A model generated the notes under the pieces. That model worked only from the letters and a program-made list of their open reading frames with translations. It did not search any database and had not been told where the DNA came from. From positions 32,314 to 96,313 of IMG/VR virus record IMGVR_UViG_3300025902_000014: DNA of 64,000 nucleotides. One strand, 5' to 3'. Source of the stretch: a virus. Lineage: Duplodnaviria; Caudoviricetes. A program made the position numbers and the translations under genes. Positions 37,012 through 45,209 of the stretch are shown piece after piece (position 1 is the stretch's first letter; each line of letters starts with the position of its first letter).

Positions 37012-37967
37012 TGAAGCATCAGGTGGTCCGCATCAAAAGCCATGGCCAGACCCTTGAACTGAAGAAATTTCCTCTGGACACTCCGGACCATGTGATGGAC
37101 CAGTACATCGACGCCGCGTATGCCAAGTACGACAAACTTGGTAAGGACGTGATGGCCTACACGAAAGTGGAGTCGAAAATGGGGCCGGGGGAGGTTACGC
37201 GAATCACCGAGGCCCTTCTCGACGAGAGCAACGGGCACCACGCGCACATGGGTGGGAAGCTCTATGCCGACTCCGGGTTCCTCCAGAGCGTGAGCAGCCT
37301 CGGGCACGGGTACGAGGTCAACCACATGGGGTTCGGGGAGTTCTCCGTCAAGACGCCTCTCGGTGAAGTTGAATTCAACCGAATGGCCGGGAAGGATTTT
37401 CCGGGGCAGTCGGGGCGCAGTCACAACATCTACGACACCAAGGGTGGAACCAAGGCGGCCGAGGCCCTGATTCACGCCATGCAGCAGAAGTCACTGTCTA
37501 CGGAAGTTCATGGAGAGGCCAAGGTCACGTCTTCGGGACGAATCACTGAAGCTCTTCTTGCAGAGCGGTCTCTGTCTTCGTTACCGTCGAAGGTGACCCC
37601 GGCCTCTAACACTGGAGGGGCGGGGTGCTCTAGTTGTGGTAAGAGATTCAGTGCGGGAGAGCGGTACTATTTCCATGACAAGGAACCCGTCTGTCAGAAG
37701 TGCGCGCTTCGTCGGCTGGCCACGGAAACGGAATCGGTTTCCGAAGCAGTTCTGACGGAATACGGGGACAGCAGCAACTTCTCGAACTACGTTCCTCTCA
37801 CGGCGAAGCGGGCTGGTCCGGCGGACTGCAAGCCCGGACACACGGTCAAGGTCGGTGACAAGGTCGGCTGGAACCCTCGCACCAAGAAGGTCTACTGCGC
37901 CGATTGCTGGCACAAGTGGTCCATGGAGAACATGCACGCCCGGAACTCCGAGATGGGGTGGTACTGA
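37011..37967 (+). CDS. multi-domain putative polyprotein
   Basis: Internal RITEALLDE, RITEALLAE and VSEAVLTE separate small domains. Confidence 0.65.
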   Translation: MKHQVVRIKSHGQTLELKKFPLDTPDHVMDQYIDAAYAKYDKLGKDVMAYTKVESKMGPGEVTRITEALLDESNGHHAHMGGKLYADSGFLQSVSSLGHGYEVNHMGFGEFSVKTPLGEVEFNRMAGKDFPGQSGRSHNIYDTKGGTKAAEALIHAMQQKSLSTEVHGEAKVTSSGRITEALLAERSLSSLPSKVTPASNTGGAGCSSCGKRFSAGERYYFHDKEPVCQKCALRRLATETESVSEAVLTEYGDSSNFSNYVPLTAKRAGPADCKPGHTVKVGDKVGWNPRTKKVYCADCWHKWSMENMHARNSEMGWY

Positions 37968-38839
37968 TGACTCGCGACGAGCTGGAAAAGAAGGCGTGGG
38001 AGAAGATCCCTGCTCGGTTTCGGACGACGGTCAACGGCCAGCAAGCGGTGCTGCCTCCGAAACCGGGCATGGGGCCGGGGCCAGTGATCTTCTCGTCTTT
38101 TCCCGACAAGCTCCTGCTCAAGTGGGCCGGGCTCCCGGCGACCGTCCCGGTCACGGAGGGCACGGCGGCCCGGCACGCCAAGCGCATCGTCGAGGCCCTC
38201 CTGACCGAGCGGCACTTCGTCGCCACTGTCACCGGGAAGGGCGGCTACTACAAGTGGCACGCGGTCCGGGACGACGGCATGGGGTTCGGAAGCTCCTTCA
38301 CCTACACGACTGCCGGAGAGGCCGAGCGTTCGGCGCAGAAAAACCTCGGGAAGATGGGGTCCGTGGTCGTCAAGCACGTTCAGGAGTCCAAGGATCTCGT
38401 GCATCACACGGGTCCGCTTCCTCCCGGGGGACTGGTCTCGGGGAAGTGTAAGAACTGCAAGACCCCGTTCACCGTCTCCGGGAAAGCGATCCAGCACGAC
38501 GGGTCCATCATCTGCCCGAAGTGCAAGAAGAACGCGGATGTCGTCGAGTCCGTCACGGAGTCTCTTCTTGAGGAGGAGCCGTTCCAGCTCAAGATCAAGT
38601 GCGAGTCGTTCGGAAAGACCCTGTCTGGAAAGTACGGCAATCAGGGCTCGTATACCGGTTCGTTCACCGCTGCCCAGTTCATCCAGAGGCTCAAGAACTC
38701 TTTCCCCATCGACCGTGAGGGGCAGCCGGTTCATTACCAGTTCACGTCCCTCGACGGGCATCAGGGGATCGTGGACCATCTTGTTGCTGAGCACCTCCCG
38801 AAGACTGGGAAGCAGCCCGGCGGATCGGCCTACAGGTAG
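37967..38839 (+). CDS. multi-domain putative polyprotein
   Basis: Internal RIVEALLTE and VTESLLEE. Confidence 0.65.
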   Translation: MTRDELEKKAWEKIPARFRTTVNGQQAVLPPKPGMGPGPVIFSSFPDKLLLKWAGLPATVPVTEGTAARHAKRIVEALLTERHFVATVTGKGGYYKWHAVRDDGMGFGSSFTYTTAGEAERSAQKNLGKMGSVVVKHVQESKDLVHHTGPLPPGGLVSGKCKNCKTPFTVSGKAIQHDGSIICPKCKKNADVVESVTESLLEEEPFQLKIKCESFGKTLSGKYGNQGSYTGSFTAAQFIQRLKNSFPIDREGQPVHYQFTSLDGHQGIVDHLVAEHLPKTGKQPGGSAYR

Positions 38840-38843
38840 TTTG

Positions 38844-39230
38844 ATGCGACTCTCCGAGCAGATCGCCGAAGCTCTCCTCTCCGAGAAGACGTGGGCTGTG
38901 CCGTCCTACGAGCTGGCCCAGATCCAGAAGGCCGACGCCACCACTCTCCGGTCCCTCCGGAAGATCGCTACCGACAAGCTGGAACGGCTGGAACGGGGAA
39001 CCACGGTGGGCTGGGGGTCATCGAACTACGAGATCGACCACGGGCAGACGACGGCGAAGCTCAAGGCCATCGACGATCGGCTCAAGCAGCTCGGGGAGTC
39101 CCGGCTCAGCGAGGCCAAGCCCCCCTACTTCCAGTGTCAGGAGTGCGGGAAGACCCTTCCCGAGACGGCCCGGAAGTGCTCGAAGTGCGGCTCCTCGGAC
39201 ATCGACCTCTACGTCCCCCCGAAGAAATAA
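38844..39230 (+). CDS. leader-family protein with a C-terminal Zn ribbon
   Basis: MRLSEQIAEALLSE; CQEC...CSKC. Confidence 0.7.
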   Translation: MRLSEQIAEALLSEKTWAVPSYELAQIQKADATTLRSLRKIATDKLERLERGTTVGWGSSNYEIDHGQTTAKLKAIDDRLKQLGESRLSEAKPPYFQCQECGKTLPETARKCSKCGSSDIDLYVPPKK

Positions 39231-39260
39231 CTTGACAAGTCAAGTCTTAGCAGGCAAGAT
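39230..39260 (+). promoter_or_regulatory. sigma70-type promoter with a perfect palindrome, leaderless
   Basis: ACTTGAC-AA-GTCAAGT; TTGACA-17-CAAGAT, then 6 nt to ATG at 39267. Confidence 0.6.
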
Positions 39261-39266
39261 ATGGGC

Positions 39267-39620
39267 ATGGAAAAAGCCACCGAGACCGTCCCCACCCCTC
39301 CGGCTGGATCTGTGGACTTCTCGACTGCCCTGCATTCCTTCCTGAACTTCGTCAAGGGGCGTGTGGACGAGCGGTACGAGAAGACCCTCTCCGAGCTGTC
39401 CCGCCCCACGTTCACGCTCGACGTCGGCCGCAAGTACATACGGATCGTCTGCAACAGAGCGCCCGGCAGCAGCCGCTACGTCTACGGCTTCGTGGACGCG
39501 ACGAACGGGAACCTCCTGAAGGCTGCGGGCTGGAAGGCCCCGGCTCTGAACTTCCCCCGGGGGAACGTGTTCAAGCCCGAGACGTGGCCCCGCGCAGCGG
39601 GCGACTACGGGATCGGATAG
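39267..39620 (+). CDS. hypothetical phage protein
   Basis: GRKYIRIV...YGFVD...LLKAAGWKAPA...RGNV. Confidence 0.7.
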   Translation: MEKATETVPTPPAGSVDFSTALHSFLNFVKGRVDERYEKTLSELSRPTFTLDVGRKYIRIVCNRAPGSSRYVYGFVDATNGNLLKAAGWKAPALNFPRGNVFKPETWPRAAGDYGIG

Positions 39621-39632
39621 AAAAGGCAAGGC

Positions 39633-39998
39633 ATGAGAGTCACCACCAAACTCATCGAGGCCATTCTCCGCGAGGGAGTCTTCGATGTCCACACGGCTGA
39701 GCAGTGGATCACCCACATCAAGAGCGGGGTTCATGCCCCGGTCGTGCGGGCGGACAAAAGCACTCTCGGCGGCGCGGACAGGGTGTCGATCATGATGACC
39801 ATCAGCCTCGATCCGAAAGAATCGTGGCACAACGGTATCCTCCAGAATTCCCGGTACATGAACATGCACCTCGGCAACGATGGGACGCTGGAGCAGATCT
39901 CGGGGAGCAAACTCCGGTTCCGGAAGACCCGTGTCACCAGTTCCGACGATGTCGTGGCCAAGCTCAACAAGTTCATCGCCTCCGTCCCGGTGGCGTAG
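39633..39998 (+). CDS. leader-family protein
   Basis: MRVTTKLIEAILRE. Confidence 0.7.
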   Translation: MRVTTKLIEAILREGVFDVHTAEQWITHIKSGVHAPVVRADKSTLGGADRVSIMMTISLDPKESWHNGILQNSRYMNMHLGNDGTLEQISGSKLRFRKTRVTSSDDVVAKLNKFIASVPVA

Positions 39999-40007
39999 GG
40001 AGGCGAA

Positions 40008-40055
40008 ATGAAGGTCACCACCAAGCTCACCAGCAAGCCGGACTATCCTTCGTAA
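40008..40055 (+). pseudogene. leader-only remnant or minigene, MKVTTKLTSKPDYPS
   Basis: GGGAGG SD; first 8 residues match the leader, then an early stop. Confidence 0.5.
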
Positions 40056-40059
40056 GGGG

Positions 40060-40416
40060 ATGACGATGCGAATCTGGAAACAGCTTCAGGAGGCCATGGC
40101 GGCCGACGAGTTCCCGCAGGTGGCTTCGGCGGCTCCCAACCCGGAGCAGGAGGCCGAGGCTCCCCCCGAGGAGCAGGAGGCCCAGCCCCTCCTCCCGGGC
40201 CTCCACGAGACCGGGAACCAGCTCAAGACCCTGAACACCTCCCGGGCGGTCCTCGTGGCCGTCGTGAATGACCTCGCCACGGTCATCGAAGCCTTCAGGA
40301 AGGCCGAGGGGATGTCCACCAAGCCCGAGGTCACCTCCCAGCTCTCCGGGGTCCACATGGCCGCCCTGAAGCTCGCCACCGAGGTCCACAAGCTCAAGGT
40401 GGAGCTGGGGTCGTGA
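40060..40416 (+). CDS. hypothetical protein with a leader variant
   Basis: MRIWKQLQEAM; ACTATC upstream. Confidence 0.6.
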   Translation: MTMRIWKQLQEAMAADEFPQVASAAPNPEQEAEAPPEEQEAQPLLPGLHETGNQLKTLNTSRAVLVAVVNDLATVIEAFRKAEGMSTKPEVTSQLSGVHMAALKLATEVHKLKVELGS

Positions 40417-40688
40417 GGCTCTCCGAGGCCCTCGTGGAGGCTCTCCTTCGGGAAGACGGCCACGTGTCCACCGGCCCGGCCCGCAAGGAGCTGGAGCGGA
40501 AGGCGTGGGCGGCCCAGCACCGGGACTACAAAGGCAAGGGTGCGGACGGGGTCCGTCGGATGCTCCACCGCAACCCCAAGACGGGGGGCACGGAGAGCTG
40601 GCCCATCGAGCAGATTCCGGATGCGGATCTGGAGTCGCTGGCTCGGATGTATGACAGGAAGAAGGCAGCGGGTCAAGTTTCTTCTTGA
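40413..40688 (+). CDS. leader-family protein
   Basis: MRLSEALVEALLRE. Confidence 0.7.
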   Translation: MRLSEALVEALLREDGHVSTGPARKELERKAWAAQHRDYKGKGADGVRRMLHRNPKTGGTESWPIEQIPDADLESLARMYDRKKAAGQVSS

Positions 40689-40713
40689 CAAGACAAGCTA
40701 GTCTCGATAACAT
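40685..40713 (+). promoter_or_regulatory. sigma70-type promoter, leaderless
   Basis: TTGACA-17-TAACAT, then 7 nt to ATG at 40721. Confidence 0.7.
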
Positions 40714-40720
40714 ACGGGTC

Positions 40721-41053
40721 ATGAAGAACGCCGAGTCCACCGAGTTCCTCACCCGCGCTGAAGCCATCGCCAAGATCAAGACCGCCCTCAAGAAGCGCAG
40801 CGGCAAGAGCTGGAGCGTCACGGGGGGTCGGGGCACGGGGTACGGCTGGCTCACGATCACCGTCCCGCCCTCGAAGATGGAGGGCTGGTACATGCCCGAG
40901 GCCGCTCGGGTCGAGCTGGCCAAGCTCCTCAACATCGACGCTGTCCACGGACAGGGGGTCAGCATCCCGGCCGGGAGTGACTTCTACCGCGAGTACATCG
41001 ACCGGGCCGAGGGGCGCGTCCCCGAGAAGCTCGGAGTGGCCTACTGGGACTAG
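40721..41053 (+). CDS. hypothetical phage protein
   Basis: WSVTGGRGTGYGWLTI. Confidence 0.7.
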   Translation: MKNAESTEFLTRAEAIAKIKTALKKRSGKSWSVTGGRGTGYGWLTITVPPSKMEGWYMPEAARVELAKLLNIDAVHGQGVSIPAGSDFYREYIDRAEGRVPEKLGVAYWD

Positions 41054-41056
41054 GGC

Positions 41057-41085
41057 TTGACAAGACAAGCTCATAGACATAAGAT
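41057..41085 (+). promoter_or_regulatory. sigma70-type promoter, leaderless
   Basis: TTGACA-17-TAAGAT, then 6 nt to ATG at 41092. Confidence 0.75.
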
Positions 41086-41091
41086 ACAGCC

Positions 41092-41457
41092 ATGAGAACG
41101 AGCTGGCCCGCCTCCCCCTTCCGCCCCGCCGCCCCGACCGAGGTCTGGTACATGAAGCCCAGCTACTGGCGCACCGGGAGCATGGGTCACAAGTTCGCCA
41201 AGGAGCACGGCGGCCTTCCGAGCGTCGAGAACCTCGGAGCCACCCACGAGCTGCTCGGGACGGTCCCCGAGGTCAACCCGGAGAAGGTCTTCATGATGAT
41301 GCAGGGGGAGTTCTGGTCCCCCGAGGGCGAGGCCCGGGAGCTGATCTCCTCGCTCGGTCTCCACCACACGTCCATGTCCGTCGGGGACGTCGTCGTCACG
41401 AACGGGGTCGCCCACATGGTGGACCGGTTCGGCTTCGTCCCCCTGAACGAGGAGTAG
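41092..41457 (+). CDS. YodL-like protein
   Basis: HTSMSVGDVV...VDRFGF. Confidence 0.6.
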   Translation: MRTSWPASPFRPAAPTEVWYMKPSYWRTGSMGHKFAKEHGGLPSVENLGATHELLGTVPEVNPEKVFMMMQGEFWSPEGEARELISSLGLHHTSMSVGDVVVTNGVAHMVDRFGFVPLNEE

Positions 41458-41638
41458 AATCTGTCAGTGACCATAGCCGTCGGACTTTTCGGGGTGGCTG
41501 TCGGGATGATCGTGGGCTGGCTCCTGCGTGGGGCTCGGCCCCTGTCCCCGTTGCCCCCCATCCAGACACCGCGCATCGAATGGAAAATCGGACCTGTGTC
41601 CAACAAGTAACTATCCCCGGACGAAAAGGAGAACGCTC

Positions 41639-41956
41639 ATGTTTCTGCTTCAGGACATCCAGAAGGTCGCCCTGACCATCAACCCCGTCTCGGCGGCCGG
41701 TAACCCGGCCCCGGTGGACGGCGTCCCCGCGTGGGCTTCCAGCGACGAGCTGGTGGCCACCGTGGTCCCGGCCGAGGACGGGCTCTCCGCCTACGTCGTC
41801 GCCACCGGTCCCGTGGGTACCGCGCAGATCTCCGTCAAGGTCGATGCCGACCTCGGCGAGGGTCTCCGCGAGATCATCGGAACGTTCGACGTCGAGATCG
41901 TCGCCTCCGAGGCGGCTGCCCTCGTCGTGACGGCCGGAGCCCCCGAGCCCAAGTAA
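41639..41956 (+). CDS. single Ig-like domain protein
   Basis: WASSDELVATV...GTAQISV; AAGGAG SD. Confidence 0.65.
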   Translation: MFLLQDIQKVALTINPVSAAGNPAPVDGVPAWASSDELVATVVPAEDGLSAYVVATGPVGTAQISVKVDADLGEGLREIIGTFDVEIVASEAAALVVTAGAPEPK

Positions 41957-41979
41957 GCACTTCCCGGTCCCGGAAGTCG

Positions 41980-42017
41980 AGCCGTCGTGGGTCACACCAC
42001 GGCGGCTTTTCCCTTTT
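41980..42017 (+). terminator. intrinsic terminator
   Basis: AGCCGTCGTG...CACGGCGGCT-TTT. Confidence 0.65.
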
Positions 42018-42051
42018 CCAGAGGACGCACTATCAGGGGGAGAGGTACCCG

Positions 42052-42474
42052 ATGGTGCAGTGGCTCGCGACGAAAGCTGGACGGTTTACCCATCGGGTGT
42101 TTCATAGGCTGCTCAGCCCCAATGCCGAACTTCAGGAGCTGACCTACCTCACCTATGCCTTCGTCTGGGGTCTGATCCTTTTCTTCTTCCCCCGGTCGCT
42201 GGAGAGCAGTCTCGTCTACGCCCGGATGGCCATCCTCGCGCACGAGAACATGTGGGGAGGGCTGCTCTTCCTGTACGGGCTTCTCGGGTACTGGGCGTAC
42301 TGGCTCGACGACTACAAGATCCGTCGGCTGGTGTCCATGGGAGGGGTCATGCTGTGGACCCTGATCTCCTACTTCCTCTTCGCGGACTTCCACCCGGCCA
42401 TCGGAATCGTGGCCATCCCCCTCTGCGCCGTCATGTCGATCCTGACCTACCTGCGGCTGGGAGTACGGACGTGA
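42052..42474 (+). CDS. 4-TM membrane protein (lysis cassette)
   Basis: Hydrophobic helices; lies upstream of the endolysin. Confidence 0.65.
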   Translation: MVQWLATKAGRFTHRVFHRLLSPNAELQELTYLTYAFVWGLILFFFPRSLESSLVYARMAILAHENMWGGLLFLYGLLGYWAYWLDDYKIRRLVSMGGVMLWTLISYFLFADFHPAIGIVAIPLCAVMSILTYLRLGVRT

Positions 42475-42887
42475 AGAAGTTCCGGAATCACCTCACGCTC
42501 TTCTTCCAGCGGGTCATGGCCGATGACACGGACATCCTCGAAGCTGCTTCCGGGTTCGCCGGGATCGGGTTCGTGGCGCTGATGTCCGACCACGACGCAC
42601 ACACCTATCTGACGATTCCTCCCATGTGGCCGGACATCGTGTTCCGGATCTCCGTTCTTCTCGGGGCAGGGGGGCAACTCGTCAGTGTCTACCGGGACGA
42701 CTTTCGGGGCCGCCGGGCAGGAGCGTTCGGGGCCATGCTCTTCTGGACTTTCGTGGCAGCCGTTCTGTGGAACCACCAGATTGTGGATGCTCAGTACGGG
42801 AAAATCGGACACCCGAGTGCAGTCGCTTCGTTCATTGCTTTTGCAGTCGGGAATGCCATGGCCTACATCAAATTGGGGAGACCTTGA
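42471..42887 (+). CDS. 4-TM membrane protein, probable paralogue of the previous gene
   Basis: Shared DDxxxRR...MLxW pattern. Confidence 0.6.
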   Translation: MKKFRNHLTLFFQRVMADDTDILEAASGFAGIGFVALMSDHDAHTYLTIPPMWPDIVFRISVLLGAGGQLVSVYRDDFRGRRAGAFGAMLFWTFVAAVLWNHQIVDAQYGKIGHPSAVASFIAFAVGNAMAYIKLGRP

Positions 42888-43243
42888 TGCTGAATCCCCC
42901 TCAGCTTCCGGACCCGAATTCCGGGTGGTGGCAAGCGATCCTCGCTGCGCTCAGTGGGGGTGTCCTCACAAAACTTCTCGACCGTCACTTCGGGTCCAAG
43001 CAGCGGGTGCAGGACCGGCTGGCAGACATGGAGGCCCGGTTGCGTGAAGAGCTGAGACAGGAAAAGGAAGCTCTGAGGAGTGAGATCGGGGTACTTCGGA
43101 AGGAGCTGGACGACTGGAAGACCCGGTACTTCGAGCTGCTTCGGAAGTACGGGGAATCGGAAGTGGCCCTTCAGGCGGCCAAGAACGCCCTGAAGGACGC
43201 CGAAGAGGAGAACGCAGAGCTGGCCAAGAAGCCGGGGGTCTGA
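42887..43243 (+). CDS. TM plus coiled-coil protein (holin-like)
   Basis: N-terminal hydrophobic segment, then heptads. Confidence 0.6.
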   Translation: MLNPPQLPDPNSGWWQAILAALSGGVLTKLLDRHFGSKQRVQDRLADMEARLREELRQEKEALRSEIGVLRKELDDWKTRYFELLRKYGESEVALQAAKNALKDAEEENAELAKKPGV

Positions 43244-43244
43244 G

Positions 43245-43769
43245 ATGTCCAGTCGAGATTTGCGCGAAGCCATCCCGGAACTGCGGGAAGCCGTTCCGAA
43301 GATCATCGCGGACTACAAGATCATGTTTCCGAACCGCAACCTGATCGTCATCAGCGTGGCCCGGACCGCTGTCGAGCAGTGGGAGCTGTTCAAGATCGGC
43401 CGCATCCTCAGAAAGAGTTCCGGCACGACGGGGGTGGGGCCGAATGGGGGCTGGGTGGTCGTGAAGGAAACCCGGGGGAAAATGGTCACCACGCTGGACG
43501 GCTTCCGGAAGAAGTCCAAGCACATCATCGACGAGAAGACCCCCCTCGCACGGGCGGTTGATTTCGGGGTTGTCATCAACGGGAAGTACCTCGGGGACTC
43601 CAAGGACATTCCCCTCTACAAGCCGCTCCGGGAACTGGCCCACAAGTACGGGTTGATCCATGGGTCCGACTTCCCCGGGGACTTCAAGGACTGGCCTCAC
43701 ATCGAAAATCAGGGACCGTTCTACCTGCCCAAGCCCACTCCGCCGAAGCCAGTGGAAGTGAAGGGATGA
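43245..43769 (+). CDS. endolysin, peptidase M15 family
   Basis: RTAVEQWELF..GR, SKH...AVD, DWPHIE. Confidence 0.8.
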   Translation: MSSRDLREAIPELREAVPKIIADYKIMFPNRNLIVISVARTAVEQWELFKIGRILRKSSGTTGVGPNGGWVVVKETRGKMVTTLDGFRKKSKHIIDEKTPLARAVDFGVVINGKYLGDSKDIPLYKPLRELAHKYGLIHGSDFPGDFKDWPHIENQGPFYLPKPTPPKPVEVKG

Positions 43770-43772
43770 AGC

Positions 43773-44228
43773 ATGAAGCGCATCGACCTCTCCGGCTACC
43801 GCACAATCGTCAGCCTCGTCATCAGCCTCGTGCTCAAAGGGCTCGCCTTGAAGGGTGTGATCGCGGCGGACGGGGGTTCAGCCGAGAACGTGAACCTGAC
43901 GACCGACATCTTCATGATGCTGGGGTCGGCGGTCTGTGATGGGCTCGCCTTGTACTACAAGCTCCACTCCCCGGCTCCGGGACTCCTGACGCCGCAGGGC
44001 AAGGTGTACCGGGATGTGATGTCCCGGGCCGACCGTCCCAAGTCTGATCCGGTCATCGAGGCTGCGATCAAGGCTCTGGAGAAGGCACAGGCTCCTCCCG
44101 GGCATGACGGGAAGGACGCTGTTTGTCCTATCCGAGACGTATACTGCCCCGTCGCGGACGCCTACCAGCGGGGTGAGCTGGAGAAGAAGCCCGGAACCGT
44201 AACTATCTCTGACGGGAGTACGAAATGA
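43773..44228 (+). CDS. holin-like membrane protein
   Basis: SGYRT start, two TM segments, adjacent to the endolysin. Confidence 0.5.
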   Translation: MKRIDLSGYRTIVSLVISLVLKGLALKGVIAADGGSAENVNLTTDIFMMLGSAVCDGLALYYKLHSPAPGLLTPQGKVYRDVMSRADRPKSDPVIEAAIKALEKAQAPPGHDGKDAVCPIRDVYCPVADAYQRGELEKKPGTVTISDGSTK

Positions 44229-44641
44229 AGAAGTTCGTCGTCATCCTGACCCTGATCCTCGGGCTCCTCTCGGGGGTGGCTTCCGCTCAGACGGACCCCC
44301 GCGACCAGTCCCCCGTCGTCGTCTTCGCTGCTCAGGCGACCACGGCCACGTCCGATGCCTACGCCGTCATCTCCTCGGCTGCTGGAGAGGCGGTCTGGTT
44401 TCACGTGACGGGCACGGGCATCACTGGGGACTACACCGTGGAGGGTACCCTCGACGCAGAGGCCACGGTCAAGGCGGGGACGGCGGTGTGGTTCACCCTT
44501 TCTACGGGTTCAACGCTCCCGACGGCAGTGGCGCTCACGAACACGATGCCGTACGTTCGCGTCAAGGTCACCCGAACGGCAGGCACCTTTCGAGTCCTCA
44601 TGCGCGGCTCGGGTGGCACCCGGTTCCGCAAGGTGGAGTAA
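44225..44641 (+). CDS. beta-rich protein with signal peptide
   Basis: MKKFVVILTLILGLLSGVASA. Confidence 0.65.
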   Translation: MKKFVVILTLILGLLSGVASAQTDPRDQSPVVVFAAQATTATSDAYAVISSAAGEAVWFHVTGTGITGDYTVEGTLDAEATVKAGTAVWFTLSTGSTLPTAVALTNTMPYVRVKVTRTAGTFRVLMRGSGGTRFRKVE

Positions 44642-44686
44642 CCTGAACCCCAGACTAACCGGCCGAATGGCCAAAAGGAGAACGAC

Positions 44687-45205
44687 ATGTCCAGCGATCC
44701 TTACGCCGACCTTCTGACCAAGATCCTCGTGAATCAGGAAGCCATGGCCAAGGAGATTCAGGAGATCAAGGCCAAGATCTCGGCTTCCCCGGCCCCCGTT
44801 TCTCAGACCGGGGGTCTCTACGCTTTCAAGCGCCCCGACCCCGTCGAGCCCCGCTACGGCTTCGGCATCAAGATGACCAGCCCGGACGTGGCGGAGGCCC
44901 TCAAGCGGGCGGTCTACTGCGTGGACTGGGCGGGGGACCAGAAGCGGTCTTCGGACGAGGACGCCGTCTGGGCGGAGATCACGAAGCTCCAGACCTCGAC
45001 GGACCCGAAGGACTTCGAGCCGTATGCCCTGCTCGACCCGGAGTTCGCGGGCTTCGCTCTTCTGACGAACCTCATCCAGACCCCGGCTTCGGACGCAGCG
45101 AGCTTCGGCCAGACGAAGAAGACGCGGGAGAGCTACGCCGGGACGACGGTTCAGTCGTTCCTTGAGGCGCAGTTCGGCATCCACGGGGGACCGAGCGGCG
45201 CTTAG
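44687..45205 (+). CDS. hypothetical protein
   Basis: AAGGAG SD. Confidence 0.7.
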   Translation: MSSDPYADLLTKILVNQEAMAKEIQEIKAKISASPAPVSQTGGLYAFKRPDPVEPRYGFGIKMTSPDVAEALKRAVYCVDWAGDQKRSSDEDAVWAEITKLQTSTDPKDFEPYALLDPEFAGFALLTNLIQTPASDAASFGQTKKTRESYAGTTVQSFLEAQFGIHGGPSGA

Positions 45206-45209
45206 TCCG

